The notes: generated by a model from the letters alone, not told the origin. A stretch of 64,000 nucleotides of DNA from Candidatus Latescibacterota bacterium (GCA_965248755.1 OZ252149.1:544001-608000); one strand, 5' to 3'. Shown: positions 47,861 through 58,472, counted from the first letter of the stretch. Made by a program: numbers and translations.

Positions 47861-50602
47861 TCACTTTTCATCCAGCACGTGCACGCCTTCCCAATCATCA
47901 GCCGGAGGATCCTTCTTCCCGCTTTTAAAATCCTGGGCCCTTTTGAGAAATACCTTCGACGGACCATCTGTGCTGTTTATTTTCAGCACCCTTTCGAAGA
48001 ACGAAATGGCTTTGTCCCACTCCATCTGTCTATGCATCTCAATCCCACTTGCAAACAGTTCTACGACGTCCGCCTTCTTTTGATCCAGCTCGCCTTTTTT
48101 AGCCAGGACCTCATAAATCCCCCTCGAATCCTTCTTTCCAACCACCAGAACCCTGTCAATTTCTCGAGCCTCGATGACATCCTTTGCCGCTTCGTAGCAT
48201 TCATCGCTTATCATGATCGACGTGCCATACTGCTTGTTGATCGGCTCAAGTCGCGCCGCTAAGTTCACCGCATCGCCCATGATCGTATAGTCCATCCTCG
48301 ATCTGGAGCCCATGTTTCCCACGACCATAGCACCTGTGTTTATACCCATCCTAACCTGCATATTCACCACTACGTCTGACCAGCCTTCCACCTTCCACTT
48401 CCCTTTAAGCTCTAAAAGTTTCTTCTGCATTTCCAGGCAAGACAAGCACGCATTTTGGGCGTGTTCCTCAAAATATATGGGAGCGCCCCAGAAGGCTATT
48501 ATAGCGTCACCCTCGAACTTGTCCACTGTACCCCTGTTTTGCTCTATGGTGTCCGTCATATCGCCCAGATAGTCGTTCAAAAGCGCTACGAGCTTTGTAG
48601 GCGTCAAACTCTCAGAGATATTTGTAAATCCAGCCACATCGGAGAAAAAAGCCGTTATGACCCTTTCCTCACCACCCAACTGAGGCATATCCTTGTTTTC
48701 AACCATCTGCTCTACTACAGCAGGAGACAGAAAGTGTCCGAACGTCCCTTGAATGAATCTCTTTTCCTGTTCCTCATTTATATAGTTGTAAATAGTTATG
48801 CTCAGATAGCCCAACAGTAAAGTGGACACCGGACCTATCATATCCATCAGCGTCCCGAACCTCAGAAACATGGCAAAGTAAGAAAAGACTAAAAAGAGAC
48901 CTAAAGCGCAGAATACAAAGGCCGCTCCAAGAAATGGTGGTAATCTCGGTATCAAAAGACCTACTAGAACTCCGAAACCGAACATTATCAATATATTGGT
49001 AGACTTAGAAGTCCTTTCCAGAAAGTTGCCAGTTATGATAGTGTTAAAGGCATTTACGTGGAGGCCCACCATAGGATAGCGCTTTGAGTGGGGAGTCGGG
49101 TTCAGATCGTGAGTTCCAGCCGCTGTGGCACCCACGAAAAAGACTGTACCTTCAATATCCTCAGGTGTGATCTCCACTCCGTCGAGGACCCTTGGATAAA
49201 AGTAGAGCGGATGGTCTTCGGGCTTGATGCCACCGTTTTGAATCAGGCTTTTGATTTTGTGGTAGTTAGTCGCCATGTCTTTGACATTCTCTACGCCGAG
49301 TCTTTCGGCGGCCGCTTCCAGGATCAAAGTCGGATCTTCCTTCAGCATATCCGCCAGCGTAATATTAGTCTTTATCTGATTGAACATATCGACAGCCGGT
49401 TTGGGAATGCTAGCCACATCCACTCCCTGAAGCTCTGCAAACTTATCCAGCGTTATACCTGATTGTATCACACTCTCAAAGAACATAGAAACATCCACAT
49501 CGTTGTATATATCCTCCACAACCGTTGTGTCCCCCAGATCCTGCGACATCACGAACGCTTTAGCTTCTGCCGGTTTCTCCCTGAATTCAGGGTGCTCGTA
49601 AAGTATTTTCTTTATATTACTTAATATATCAACCCTCGGAAAGTCGACGACAAAATTATACGGGTAGTGAGAGAATGTCTCGTGATAGTCTCCAGCCCAA
49701 TTTACCATCATTTCACATTTTTCGTTGACCGGGATTGTAACATCCTGCACTGTTCCGTCCGGAAGATGGGCGTTCGGCAATCTTAGGTATTCTCCCGGAA
49801 CGATCTGCACGTTTTGCAACGGGACATCCAGAAAGTCACAGGCAGATATGAATCCTAAAGCGAAAAAGATCCTGTCGTCGTACATAACGATCAAACGGTA
49901 GCGTCTGACCACGCCGTCGCTGTCGGCATCGGGCGTAGCAAAGCCGACGCCCCTCACGGCCTTTACAAAAACCCTCAGGGGAACGTCTATGTCAGTCATT
50001 TTGAAGATCTGGGTCTTGTCGCCCTCTGGATAGTCAAGAGAAAAATCTTTCAACAGGCCGAAGATCTCGTCCTTTTCGCCAGTTCTTGCCTTCGTATTCA
50101 TTTTGATAAAATCTATATCTTGATTTTCCGACGGCTCGAACGTCTGAGCTAAATACACGTTCCCCGCTTCCTTCATCGCCCTTGCCATATCCTCATCGTA
50201 ACTGCTCAGGAGATTCCGTACAGCTTCTGCCGTGTACTCTACCCCGTCGCGCAGTACATTCTTAGGTATTGTACGGGGACTCGGCTCGTAGAAGAATACA
50301 TCAAATACCGTCAGTTTAGCTTTGTATCTGGCAAGAATGTCTACGGCCTTTGCGTGTTTATCCCTGGTCCATGGCCACTCTCCCTGGGTCTGAAGAGCTA
50401 CTTCGTCTATATCCATAGTGGCGACCTTGGGAAACTGTTCTATCTCCCCTCTGAACTTGAAGAAAGAGTCGTGCAACCTGAACTCCAACTGGTCATACAG
50501 ATGCGTCCAATGTGCTATTGCCACGGCTATGCTCACAGCTATTGCAAGAATAAGGTGAAGATAGCTGAACTTCCCCTTACTCTTTTCTTTTTTTTCTGGC
50601 AT
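47861..50602 (-). CDS. CHASE2-domain membrane class III adenylate/guanylate cyclase
   Basis: DIDE..GEWPWTR..FDVFF..DSDGVVRR (CHASE2), three TMs, FSDVAGFT, DKFEGDAIIAFWG, RMGINTG..GNMGS..DYTIMGDAVNLAARLE. Confidence 0.93.
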   Translation of the reverse strand: MPEKKEKSKGKFSYLHLILAIAVSIAVAIAHWTHLYDQLEFRLHDSFFKFRGEIEQFPKVATMDIDEVALQTQGEWPWTRDKHAKAVDILARYKAKLTVFDVFFYEPSPRTIPKNVLRDGVEYTAEAVRNLLSSYDEDMARAMKEAGNVYLAQTFEPSENQDIDFIKMNTKARTGEKDEIFGLLKDFSLDYPEGDKTQIFKMTDIDVPLRVFVKAVRGVGFATPDADSDGVVRRYRLIVMYDDRIFFALGFISACDFLDVPLQNVQIVPGEYLRLPNAHLPDGTVQDVTIPVNEKCEMMVNWAGDYHETFSHYPYNFVVDFPRVDILSNIKKILYEHPEFREKPAEAKAFVMSQDLGDTTVVEDIYNDVDVSMFFESVIQSGITLDKFAELQGVDVASIPKPAVDMFNQIKTNITLADMLKEDPTLILEAAAERLGVENVKDMATNYHKIKSLIQNGGIKPEDHPLYFYPRVLDGVEITPEDIEGTVFFVGATAAGTHDLNPTPHSKRYPMVGLHVNAFNTIITGNFLERTSKSTNILIMFGFGVLVGLLIPRLPPFLGAAFVFCALGLFLVFSYFAMFLRFGTLMDMIGPVSTLLLGYLSITIYNYINEEQEKRFIQGTFGHFLSPAVVEQMVENKDMPQLGGEERVITAFFSDVAGFTNISESLTPTKLVALLNDYLGDMTDTIEQNRGTVDKFEGDAIIAFWGAPIYFEEHAQNACLSCLEMQKKLLELKGKWKVEGWSDVVVNMQVRMGINTGAMVVGNMGSRSRMDYTIMGDAVNLAARLEPINKQYGTSIMISDECYEAAKDVIEAREIDRVLVVGKKDSRGIYEVLAKKGELDQKKADVVELFASGIEMHRQMEWDKAISFFERVLKINSTDGPSKVFLKRAQDFKSGKKDPPADDWEGVHVLDEK

Positions 50603-50741
50603 TTTGAAACCCCCTTGGCAAAAAACAAGAGGGCAATCCCAACCGAGACTGCCCCGAATCTGCGTCTTTTGCGGACATCATACTACGAAATGCCCGTTGC
50701 ACTACCCAAAATGCAAATCTGGCTCCCCCAAGCAGGAGCGA

Positions 50742-51689
50742 TTATCTAAAATAGTCAAACGTAAATACACCAATCATCATCAATATCACGAGTACAATCA
50801 GTACAATCCAGAACCTTTTGTTGCTCTGCTCCTCCGCGTGGCCGACCTGGATCTCAGGTTCAACTTCCGTTTCAGGTACGTCCTCTATAGCAGATAACTT
50901 GGCTGTCTTGTCCACGTTTTCTTCGTTCCCGTCCTCTTCATCTACCTCCTCATCCCCCATCACAGCTAAAATGGCAGAAACGTTATCGTGTCCCCCGTTC
51001 TGATTCGCCATTGAGATAAGCTGCCTGCACACAGCGCTCGGATTCCCGCTGTCCAGAATAGCTCTCAAAATGTCGCTATCTTCAACTGGCCCGGAAAGCC
51101 CGTCACAACACAACAAAACACGGTCTCTCTTCTTCAGCGTGCCTGTATAGATGTCCACCTCCACTTCCGTATTTATGCCCACACACCTGGTGACTATGTT
51201 TCTTTCAGGATGATGTCTGGCATCCTCGGGACTTAATGTCCCGCCGTCAACCATCTCCTGAACTAACGAGTGATCCTTGGTGATCTGAGTTATACCCCCA
51301 TCGCGAATCAGATATGCCCTGCTGTCCCCCACGTGACTAATGATGTAGCTTTCACCTTTGATCAGCATCGCTGTAACTGTAGTTCCCATTCCCTTTTTGG
51401 CAGGCTCGTCTTCTGCCATCTGGAATATCATGCGATTAGCTGACTTTACAGCATCTTTCAAAATCTTTCCGTACGCGCCTTCATCCCCCTCCTGGACCTC
51501 CTGTATCTTTGAAACCACATCCTGGTTTATAGATTCCACAGCAGCGGTGCTGGCTACTTCTCCTGCGGCGTGCCCACCCATTCCGTCAGCCATTATGAGC
51601 AGGCTCTGATCTTTATCTATGGAGAAGCTATCCTCGTTGTGATCCCTGATCACCCCTACATCTGTGTCCCCTGCAACGTTTATCTTCAT
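50742..51689 (-). CDS. PP2C-family Ser/Thr phosphatase (PrpC/Stp1) with C-terminal TM
   Basis: DVGVIRDHNED, ADGMGGHAAGEVAS, GMGTT, HVGDSRAY, LLCCDGL, GGHDNVS. Confidence 0.95.
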   Translation of the reverse strand: MKINVAGDTDVGVIRDHNEDSFSIDKDQSLLIMADGMGGHAAGEVASTAAVESINQDVVSKIQEVQEGDEGAYGKILKDAVKSANRMIFQMAEDEPAKKGMGTTVTAMLIKGESYIISHVGDSRAYLIRDGGITQITKDHSLVQEMVDGGTLSPEDARHHPERNIVTRCVGINTEVEVDIYTGTLKKRDRVLLCCDGLSGPVEDSDILRAILDSGNPSAVCRQLISMANQNGGHDNVSAILAVMGDEEVDEEDGNEENVDKTAKLSAIEDVPETEVEPEIQVGHAEEQSNKRFWIVLIVLVILMMIGVFTFDYFR

Positions 51690-51844
51690 AATTTTACTCC
51701 CACGCGAGGGCCTAAAACTCGAAGAGGTTATTAAATCGTCAAAATAAGAGCGATCAGCTTTGAATTACTCGCTACTGCCTGTATCTTCCCCTTTTACTAT
51801 CTGATTGCAGGTAGACACGAGAAGGAGGATACTCTGTCCACTGT

Positions 51845-54004
51845 TCATTTACTTTTGGCGCATCGGAAGCCGTAAGTGTTATCTTTCCTTCCAGGGTTAT
51901 CCCTATATCTGTAAGTCGTCCTAAGGTCTGAACTGGCATAGTACCACGAACCGCCCCTCAGGACTTTCTCCCGGCCCGAGGTAGGTCCTTTGGGATTGCG
52001 ATTTGACGTATCTTTATAGTATTCCTCAGAATACCAGTCGCTTACCCATTCCTTCGCATTTCCCGCCATGCCCAAAACCCCGTAGGGGCTCTTATCGTCT
52101 GCAAAGCTTAAAATCGGAGCGGTGAATCTATATCCATCTTCATCGTAACTGCCAGGATCATAGTTGGCTCTGTACTTCCCTCCAGCATCGGGGGCTGAGT
52201 TTCCCCACGGGTACTTCTGTCCACCTGTGCCTCTTGCCGCCTTTTCCCATTCTGCCTCTGTAGGCAATCTCTTGCCCGCCCACTCACAATAATCGTTGGC
52301 GTCCTGCCCGCTGACGCCAATAACAGGATGATTGGAGCCGTTGAATTTGGAATCGTCCCAATATCTCGGGTCTCTCCGTCCAGTATCCAAAATGAACTTT
52401 TCGTAATCGGACACGGTAACTTCGTTTTTGTCTATATAGAAGGAGTTCAGATAGACCTTATGCGCCGGGCCCTCGTCCGGGTCACCGTCATTAGCTCCCA
52501 TCATAAATTCACCGGAGCCAATCAAGATCATATTAGCGGCAAGCTGTCTTTGCCTGTTCACCTCAGCTGAGCTACGGGCCTCTGCCTCCTGCTGCCTTCT
52601 AAGTTCAGCCATCCTGGCTTTTTCCTCTCCCTCTTTGGCCTTCCTTTCTGCCTCTGCCAGTTTTACACTGTCCTGTCTTGCCTGCTCAAGACGCTCTGCT
52701 TCACGCTTTGCAAACCTCAAACTGTCCTCCCTTGCTTGCTTTCGTGTCAGAGCTAAACTTACCGCTTTTTCTTCAGCTTCCTTCTGCTGATTCCATATAT
52801 AAAAGCCTGCAATGGCTAAGACCGCCACTATCACCGCGCCCGCTATGGCGAAGAGCTTGGTTTTAGACTTCTCTTCGACCCTGACTCTCCTAGTGGGAGT
52901 TGTCGGCGCCCTCCTTGGAACAGCAGTCGTCGTTGCGGCTTCGGTCTGCTGAATGACCACAGGACCTTCGCCCGACTCTATGATCTGGAAGTCTGCAGTC
53001 TCCAGGGAGTTTGAAAGATCGTCTGCGTTCTGGAATCTGTCCTCCGGCTTCTTCTCAAGGCACTTCATCACAATCTTGTTCAGGCCGTCCGGCAGTGATG
53101 GATTGATCTTTTTAGGCTCGGTAGGAATGTCGTGGACGTGCTGGTACATAAGCGCCGTAGCATCGTCACTCTTGAAGGGGACCTCCCCGGTCAGCATCTC
53201 ATACAGAGCAACTCCTAAACAGTAGATATCACTCCTGCCATCTACGGGCTTTCCTCTGGCTTGCTCAGGCGACATATACTGAGGCGTCCCGATGGCCACC
53301 CCTTTTGGGGTCGTAAGCTGTACACCGGACGCCGCCTTGGCGATGCCGAAATCCGTCACCAGCACCCTGTGCTGGCTGTCCAGCATGATGTTATCGGGCT
53401 TTATGTCCCTGTGTACTATCCCCCCGCTGTGAGCGTACGAGAGGGCTTTGCTGACTTCCTGAGCGATGAAGACAGCCTCGTCTATGGACGAGATCTCCCC
53501 GTCTTCGATCATCGAGGACAGCGATTTTCCGTCCACAAACTGCATTGAGAAGTAGTTAATCGGACCTGCCTGATCCACATCGTATATCCTGACGATGTTC
53601 GCATGATCCAGGCTGGCGGACATCCTGGCTTCATGATGGAATCGCTTTACGAACTCCTCGTCAAAGGAGTACTCCTGCGGGAGGATCTTCAGTGCATCCA
53701 TCCTGTCAAGACCTAAATGTCTGGCTTTATACACGACAGCCATTCCGCCCCTACCCAGCTCAGTTATAATCTCGTATTTATCCGAAAGATGACGCTTCAG
53801 GAGTTCATCTAAATCCTCCTCCCCTCCTTCTACAGGCTGCGCGAACAGCTGAGTCGCTCCCGTATCCTTGCCCTGACCTCCCATCTTGCCTGCCCCAGGA
53901 GCATCTATGCTTTCAAGTCCGTCCTTAGGCGTGTCAGAGGACTTTTCCCCACTTTCCGAACTATCTGTCCTCCGCACTCCGTCCTTAGGCGTATCCGATC
54001 CCAT
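51845..54004 (-). CDS. Hanks-type Ser/Thr kinase with TM, coiled coil and extracellular FGE-sulfatase (CLec-fold) domain
   Basis: LGRGGMAVVY, ALK, HRDIKPDN, DFGIAK, GTPQYMSPEQ; then FMMG..EGPAH..RLPTEAEWEKAARG..RGGSW..GFRC. Confidence 0.95.
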   Translation of the reverse strand: MGSDTPKDGVRRTDSSESGEKSSDTPKDGLESIDAPGAGKMGGQGKDTGATQLFAQPVEGGEEDLDELLKRHLSDKYEIITELGRGGMAVVYKARHLGLDRMDALKILPQEYSFDEEFVKRFHHEARMSASLDHANIVRIYDVDQAGPINYFSMQFVDGKSLSSMIEDGEISSIDEAVFIAQEVSKALSYAHSGGIVHRDIKPDNIMLDSQHRVLVTDFGIAKAASGVQLTTPKGVAIGTPQYMSPEQARGKPVDGRSDIYCLGVALYEMLTGEVPFKSDDATALMYQHVHDIPTEPKKINPSLPDGLNKIVMKCLEKKPEDRFQNADDLSNSLETADFQIIESGEGPVVIQQTEAATTTAVPRRAPTTPTRRVRVEEKSKTKLFAIAGAVIVAVLAIAGFYIWNQQKEAEEKAVSLALTRKQAREDSLRFAKREAERLEQARQDSVKLAEAERKAKEGEEKARMAELRRQQEAEARSSAEVNRQRQLAANMILIGSGEFMMGANDGDPDEGPAHKVYLNSFYIDKNEVTVSDYEKFILDTGRRDPRYWDDSKFNGSNHPVIGVSGQDANDYCEWAGKRLPTEAEWEKAARGTGGQKYPWGNSAPDAGGKYRANYDPGSYDEDGYRFTAPILSFADDKSPYGVLGMAGNAKEWVSDWYSEEYYKDTSNRNPKGPTSGREKVLRGGSWYYASSDLRTTYRYRDNPGRKDNTYGFRCAKSK

Positions 54005-54084
54005 CGCAAACGTCCTTGAACCTTGTGTATATCTTGTTGTTGAATACTCTTGCTGACCAGAATACTTACTATCACTACTATGAC

Positions 54085-57000
54085 CTAACGCATCAGCATC
54101 AGTTTCCGCGTATATGCCTGTCCATTAGCCTTTAGCCGGGCTATATACATCCCACTTCCCACCAACTGGCCGCGATCGTCCTGTCCATTCCAGATGACTG
54201 AATGGGCACCAGGGCCAAACACCACATCGTCCAACAGCGTCCGCATCGACTGTCCCAGCAAGTTATAAATCACCATAGAAACATGGTCTGTCCGAGGTAA
54301 CTCGAAGCGTATCGTGGTGGTGGGATTAGCTGGATTGGGAAATGAACTCAGCGATACACGGGGCTCCGCTTTCTTTGCCCCACCCTGCACGAGTTTCCGC
54401 CCTTCAAGCTTGGCTTTCACCATTAGCGTCTCAGTCCAGTCGGGATAGGTAGCTGCAATCTGGGCGAATATCTCAGTGGCTCCATTTGCATCCTTGTAGG
54501 TATAGTCCAGAAGAAATGCCTTCTCTAGCAGAGCATACGGCACATAGGGAGAGGTTGGATGATCCCTAAGAATCTGATCTATCCTCGACAGTGCCTCGGC
54601 TGGTCTCCCCTGCGAGACGAGCCCACTTATAGAGACGTACTGCGCTGCTGCTTTGACCTCCGATGCTCTTTGATTCTGGAGATTATTGAGATAGGAAAGG
54701 GCTTCTTCTACCTCGTCAGGGGTCTGGGACGCAAACATGACCCAGTGGATAGCCGTCCGGGTTTCCTGCTGGGAAGTGGAGGATGCAATGATGGTCTTGA
54801 AGTCGGCCTTCGCGCCGGAGCGATCTCCTGACCTCAGCTTCTCCTGTGCCAGCGCCATAGGACTCGTGTCAACCACGATCTTTGCCGGTGTGGATCGGGA
54901 ATTCGCGGTGGTGATGTTATACCCAGGATGGGCGTGATCCACCACTGGATCTCGGAGTGGACCGCCAGTGTCGTAGCCCCAGAAGTCCCCATCAGCGTCG
55001 ATGTCACTAAAGACATCTGTATTCGCATACACATCGTACACTGAGTTATGCGGGGACGGGTAGGAAAAGTTGTTGTTAGGACCCAATACAGGATCTGCTG
55101 CGTTCACACAATAAACCCCAGTAGAATTGTCATAGATGTCGCTGGGAGAAGTGACGTTTGGACGGCTGTTGTTGGTGTTGATGCCGTAGTAACCCCCATG
55201 GAAACTGCAATCATCTAGGGTAGGCGGTGATGATCCTCCAGAGACGTAGATGCCAGCGTTGCCTGAAGTTGTGCCTCCTTGGAAATCGCAGTTACGGAAG
55301 ACAACACCGCTACCACTGTTGATCACCTCCACGGCGTTCTCAAAATACGCACCGAACGTGATGTCCTCGACTAGGACATCATTGACCCCACTCAAGGTTG
55401 CAGCCACTGTGAAAGTTGGAGGCCAGATCGTTACTGCCCCTGAGCCTTTCAGATCCACACCGCTTTTCATATTAAAGCTCTGGCTGTAGGTACCAGCTGA
55501 CACCTTTACCGTTGTCCCCGACAAGGCCGCCTTATCTACTGCTGTTGAAATAAAGCTATAGTTTCCAGGTACATAGATGTTACTTGGACCAATGCCATGA
55601 TCCCCGAATGCATCGATGATTTTCGTATCGTTGGGAGTACCGTTTGATAGGTTGCCATCGTTATCATCCGCCCGCAACATGTTATCACAAAACTCCACGA
55701 AAGTGTCTGGATGGGGGGTGATCTCCATCGCCTCTATCCAGAGATCATCCGCTGTCGTTTGTCCCACTTGCGTCCTTAAATCCCATAGAGCTCCTCCGAT
55801 TATCTCACCGTTGTGTTCGGTAGGATTCTCGCCTCCACTGGTTATAAAATCATCAGGATATTTCTTGCTGTTAAGCAAGAATAAAGTTTCTGCGTCAGAA
55901 CTCTCTCCCACAGTCATTTCGTTGCTAATAGTTCCAGCAAGATAGTTAGGGAACCCTTCATTCATGGCGTTACCCTGGCTATAAGGATCTCCAGCCGGAT
56001 CTATATTGTTACCATATATATCAAATATAAGGACATGCCCATACTCGTGGTATATGATATCCCTTTCCCCAGCGCCATCAAAAATTTTGTTAAATTTTAT
56101 CGTTCTGGGAAAGTCCGTTAGGGCTACTGCTCCTGGACTTATCGATGCATCTACGTGTGCGTCAACTTGGAAATCGATTTGTCTAAAGTTATTTACGTGA
56201 TCCCGGGCTAGGTTAAGGTGGTAGAAGACATTTGTTTCTTCATAATCTATATCCCATGTCCAATTATGCTGGATAGGGGGATCCGGTATTTCAGGACCCC
56301 ATTCGTGATAATTCTCATTGCCATCGTCGTCGAAGATCTCTACATATGGACCTTCAAGCCAGCTCTTTATCCAATAAGAATTATAACCGCCATTCCAAGT
56401 AATGTTATAATCTCCAGTGGTGTTGGTATTCCCAGAAGTTGCCTTACCAGTAATAGTCCACACCTCCACTTCCTCATGTCGAAAATTCTTAGTTACTAGC
56501 GGGTCAGTATCGTGTTCAAGGTACACCTTACCCTGCACTTTCCCGTAGAATTTCATCACATGACTTGTGGCTTTCCATTCCTCTACAACTGTTCCGTCCG
56601 TTGCATCTATAAAATATATCATACTCTTCGAGGGCTTCTGAGAGGACAGTCTAAGTTGCCGCGTCAGATGATATTCTATACTTCCATTGCTCTCCTTGGG
56701 AAAGACAAACAACAATGGTTGATCATTAACGGTGGCATCTAACGATCCTAATCTTTCCTTGGCTATATCTATGGTTCTATCCACACTAACAACCGGCGTT
56801 GTAGAGACATCTATGTGAGGATGAAAATCAGAGCCCATTAGGATAACGTTCCAGTTAGAGTCAACTGTGAAGCTGACATAGGCACCATACACGGGAACCC
56901 CTTGATGTGTCTGCTGAAAGGTAACATACCAATTTCCGGAACCTTGACTCGCCTCCTTAAACTCAATGTTAGACATCTTCACCTGAAGAACATCTTTGTA

Positions 57001-57270
57001 ATCGGCTATGAAACTTCTACTTATAGCTTCAACATTGCCCTTCTGAAGCGATACAGCACCCGACAAATATCTATCGATCTTGACCCCATGACCCATTATC
57101 CTGTGGGGGCTTCTGGTGATCGGATTCTGAAACGCGATAAGCTCGTTGCCATATCTGTCCACGAGCATCTGTCGTTCCAAGTCTGGCTGGGCATAGGAAG
57201 GCCTGAAAAAAGCAAGGAATAAGACTATGCCCAAGAATAAAGCCATGTACCTGCAATTTGAATATTTCAT
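54085..57270 (-). CDS. Secreted M4/M36-like metallopeptidase with propeptide, beta-helix, TPR-like region and FlgD-Ig C-terminal domain
   Basis: VTFQQTHQGVPVYG, YFIDATDG, IIYHEYGH, AMNEGFPNY, HNGEIIGGALWDLR, SSFPNPANPTTTIRFELP. Confidence 0.8.
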   Translation of the reverse strand: MKYSNCRYMALFLGIVLFLAFFRPSYAQPDLERQMLVDRYGNELIAFQNPITRSPHRIMGHGVKIDRYLSGAVSLQKGNVEAISRSFIADYKDVLQVKMSNIEFKEASQGSGNWYVTFQQTHQGVPVYGAYVSFTVDSNWNVILMGSDFHPHIDVSTTPVVSVDRTIDIAKERLGSLDATVNDQPLLFVFPKESNGSIEYHLTRQLRLSSQKPSKSMIYFIDATDGTVVEEWKATSHVMKFYGKVQGKVYLEHDTDPLVTKNFRHEEVEVWTITGKATSGNTNTTGDYNITWNGGYNSYWIKSWLEGPYVEIFDDDGNENYHEWGPEIPDPPIQHNWTWDIDYEETNVFYHLNLARDHVNNFRQIDFQVDAHVDASISPGAVALTDFPRTIKFNKIFDGAGERDIIYHEYGHVLIFDIYGNNIDPAGDPYSQGNAMNEGFPNYLAGTISNEMTVGESSDAETLFLLNSKKYPDDFITSGGENPTEHNGEIIGGALWDLRTQVGQTTADDLWIEAMEITPHPDTFVEFCDNMLRADDNDGNLSNGTPNDTKIIDAFGDHGIGPSNIYVPGNYSFISTAVDKAALSGTTVKVSAGTYSQSFNMKSGVDLKGSGAVTIWPPTFTVAATLSGVNDVLVEDITFGAYFENAVEVINSGSGVVFRNCDFQGGTTSGNAGIYVSGGSSPPTLDDCSFHGGYYGINTNNSRPNVTSPSDIYDNSTGVYCVNAADPVLGPNNNFSYPSPHNSVYDVYANTDVFSDIDADGDFWGYDTGGPLRDPVVDHAHPGYNITTANSRSTPAKIVVDTSPMALAQEKLRSGDRSGAKADFKTIIASSTSQQETRTAIHWVMFASQTPDEVEEALSYLNNLQNQRASEVKAAAQYVSISGLVSQGRPAEALSRIDQILRDHPTSPYVPYALLEKAFLLDYTYKDANGATEIFAQIAATYPDWTETLMVKAKLEGRKLVQGGAKKAEPRVSLSSFPNPANPTTTIRFELPRTDHVSMVIYNLLGQSMRTLLDDVVFGPGAHSVIWNGQDDRGQLVGSGMYIARLKANGQAYTRKLMLMR

Positions 57271-57812
57271 GGTAATTTCTCCTTTCTTGTCCCGCTCCAA
57301 ATTCCGGCATCAACTTGGTAACGATCTCCGTCTTTAATTCCAAATTCTTCATGTGATCCTTCTACCATATCGTCCATGATAATTCCTTTCATGAGCTTAT
57401 ATGTAATGAAGAATCCGTCAGCGCTAACAACGCCAAGCTCCAGGCCTAATCCCCACGTTAAGGAGAACCCTCCCCTAACTACTAAGGTATCTACTTGATT
57501 ATCTGATTGTATCTTGAATACCCCGTTGACACCAACTGGCAGGGCTGCGATTTTTGGACTACTCTCAATAAGATCCAAATAGTACGGAGGCATTATGTCA
57601 TCATTAAATCCATAAGACAATATAGCCTCATAGGTCTTTTCCTGCCCTGTGTTTTCGCTGATCAGGTTGCCTGTCCACAAACCATTTATGATCTCTCCCG
57701 GATCAGGTTCTTCATCTTCACCACACCCTGCTAAGAATACAGATATTATTACGACACTAGCTGGGATTGTGACAAAACATTTTCTAACCAAGCATTTTAT
57801 TTGTCTGTCCAT
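57267..57812 (-). CDS. Hypothetical lipoprotein
   Basis: Lipobox FLAGC after a hydrophobic stretch; stop overlaps the peptidase ATG. Confidence 0.6.
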   Translation of the reverse strand: MDRQIKCLVRKCFVTIPASVVIISVFLAGCGEDEEPDPGEIINGLWTGNLISENTGQEKTYEAILSYGFNDDIMPPYYLDLIESSPKIAALPVGVNGVFKIQSDNQVDTLVVRGGFSLTWGLGLELGVVSADGFFITYKLMKGIIMDDMVEGSHEEFGIKDGDRYQVDAGIWSGTRKEKLP

Positions 57813-57933
57813 TGCAATATTCCCTCTGATCAAGATTGAATTGGAGAATGTTGTTTGTAGCTATAGGCTTTGCTTTATTGTAAACCCTCCTCCTTTCCTT
57901 CGCCCGAAATAACTGCCGTTTGTTGCTATCTTC

Positions 57934-58472
57934 TCACCTCATCACGAAATAGGCCACAACTGCTATTATAATTATGACTACTACCACGATGGCGATTATC
58001 TTGCCACTTCCACCTTTCTCCGGCTCTCTGGGTGGTCTCCTTGCAGGCTGAGGTCTGCCAGGTGCAGCGGCGGGCTCTTCTTCCTCTTCATCCGAGGGTA
58101 CAGCCTGTCTCACCATAGTGGCTCCTGTATCCTCCGGGACAGCCTGTCTGACCATAGTGGCACCTGCATCTTCCTTTCCCGCAGCGACATCATCCACAAA
58201 GGCGAACTCCACCGTATGGAATTTGACCGTCTGACCATTCTTTAACACGTGTCTTGTGACCTTCTGTCCATCCACATAAGTCCCGTTTGTGCTCCCCAGG
58301 TCCGCACTATGTATCCGTCGTTCTCCTTTTTAATCTCAGCATGATTACGCGAGATTCCATCATCTGTCAGAACGATGTCATTTTCCTCATCCCTTCCGAT
58401 CTTATAACTTTCCGCCGTCAGTTCTAACTCTTGACCATTTAGACTCCCAGATTTGCAGAGAATCTTCGCCAT
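57934..58472 (-). pseudogene. FHA-domain membrane protein split by a 1-nt frameshift near 58305 (real or sequencing error)
   Basis: KIGRDEENDIVL..ISRNHAEI in one frame, DLGSTNGTYVDG..LKNGQTVKF, linker and C-terminal TM in the next. Confidence 0.8.
58096..58173. repeat. 39-bp tandem duplication encoding ED(A/T)GATMVRQAVP twice
   Basis: Two near-identical units 58096-58134 and 58135-58173. Confidence 0.85.

Noticed and set aside
50660..50741. c-di-AMP or c-di-GMP riboswitch
   Set aside because: Only a short GGGGGAGCCA..TTTTGGG resemblance; the remaining conserved motifs are absent
51845..52000. DGR variable region in the FGE/CLec domain
   Set aside because: No template repeat or reverse transcriptase is visible in the window; a remote DGR cannot be excluded without the whole genome
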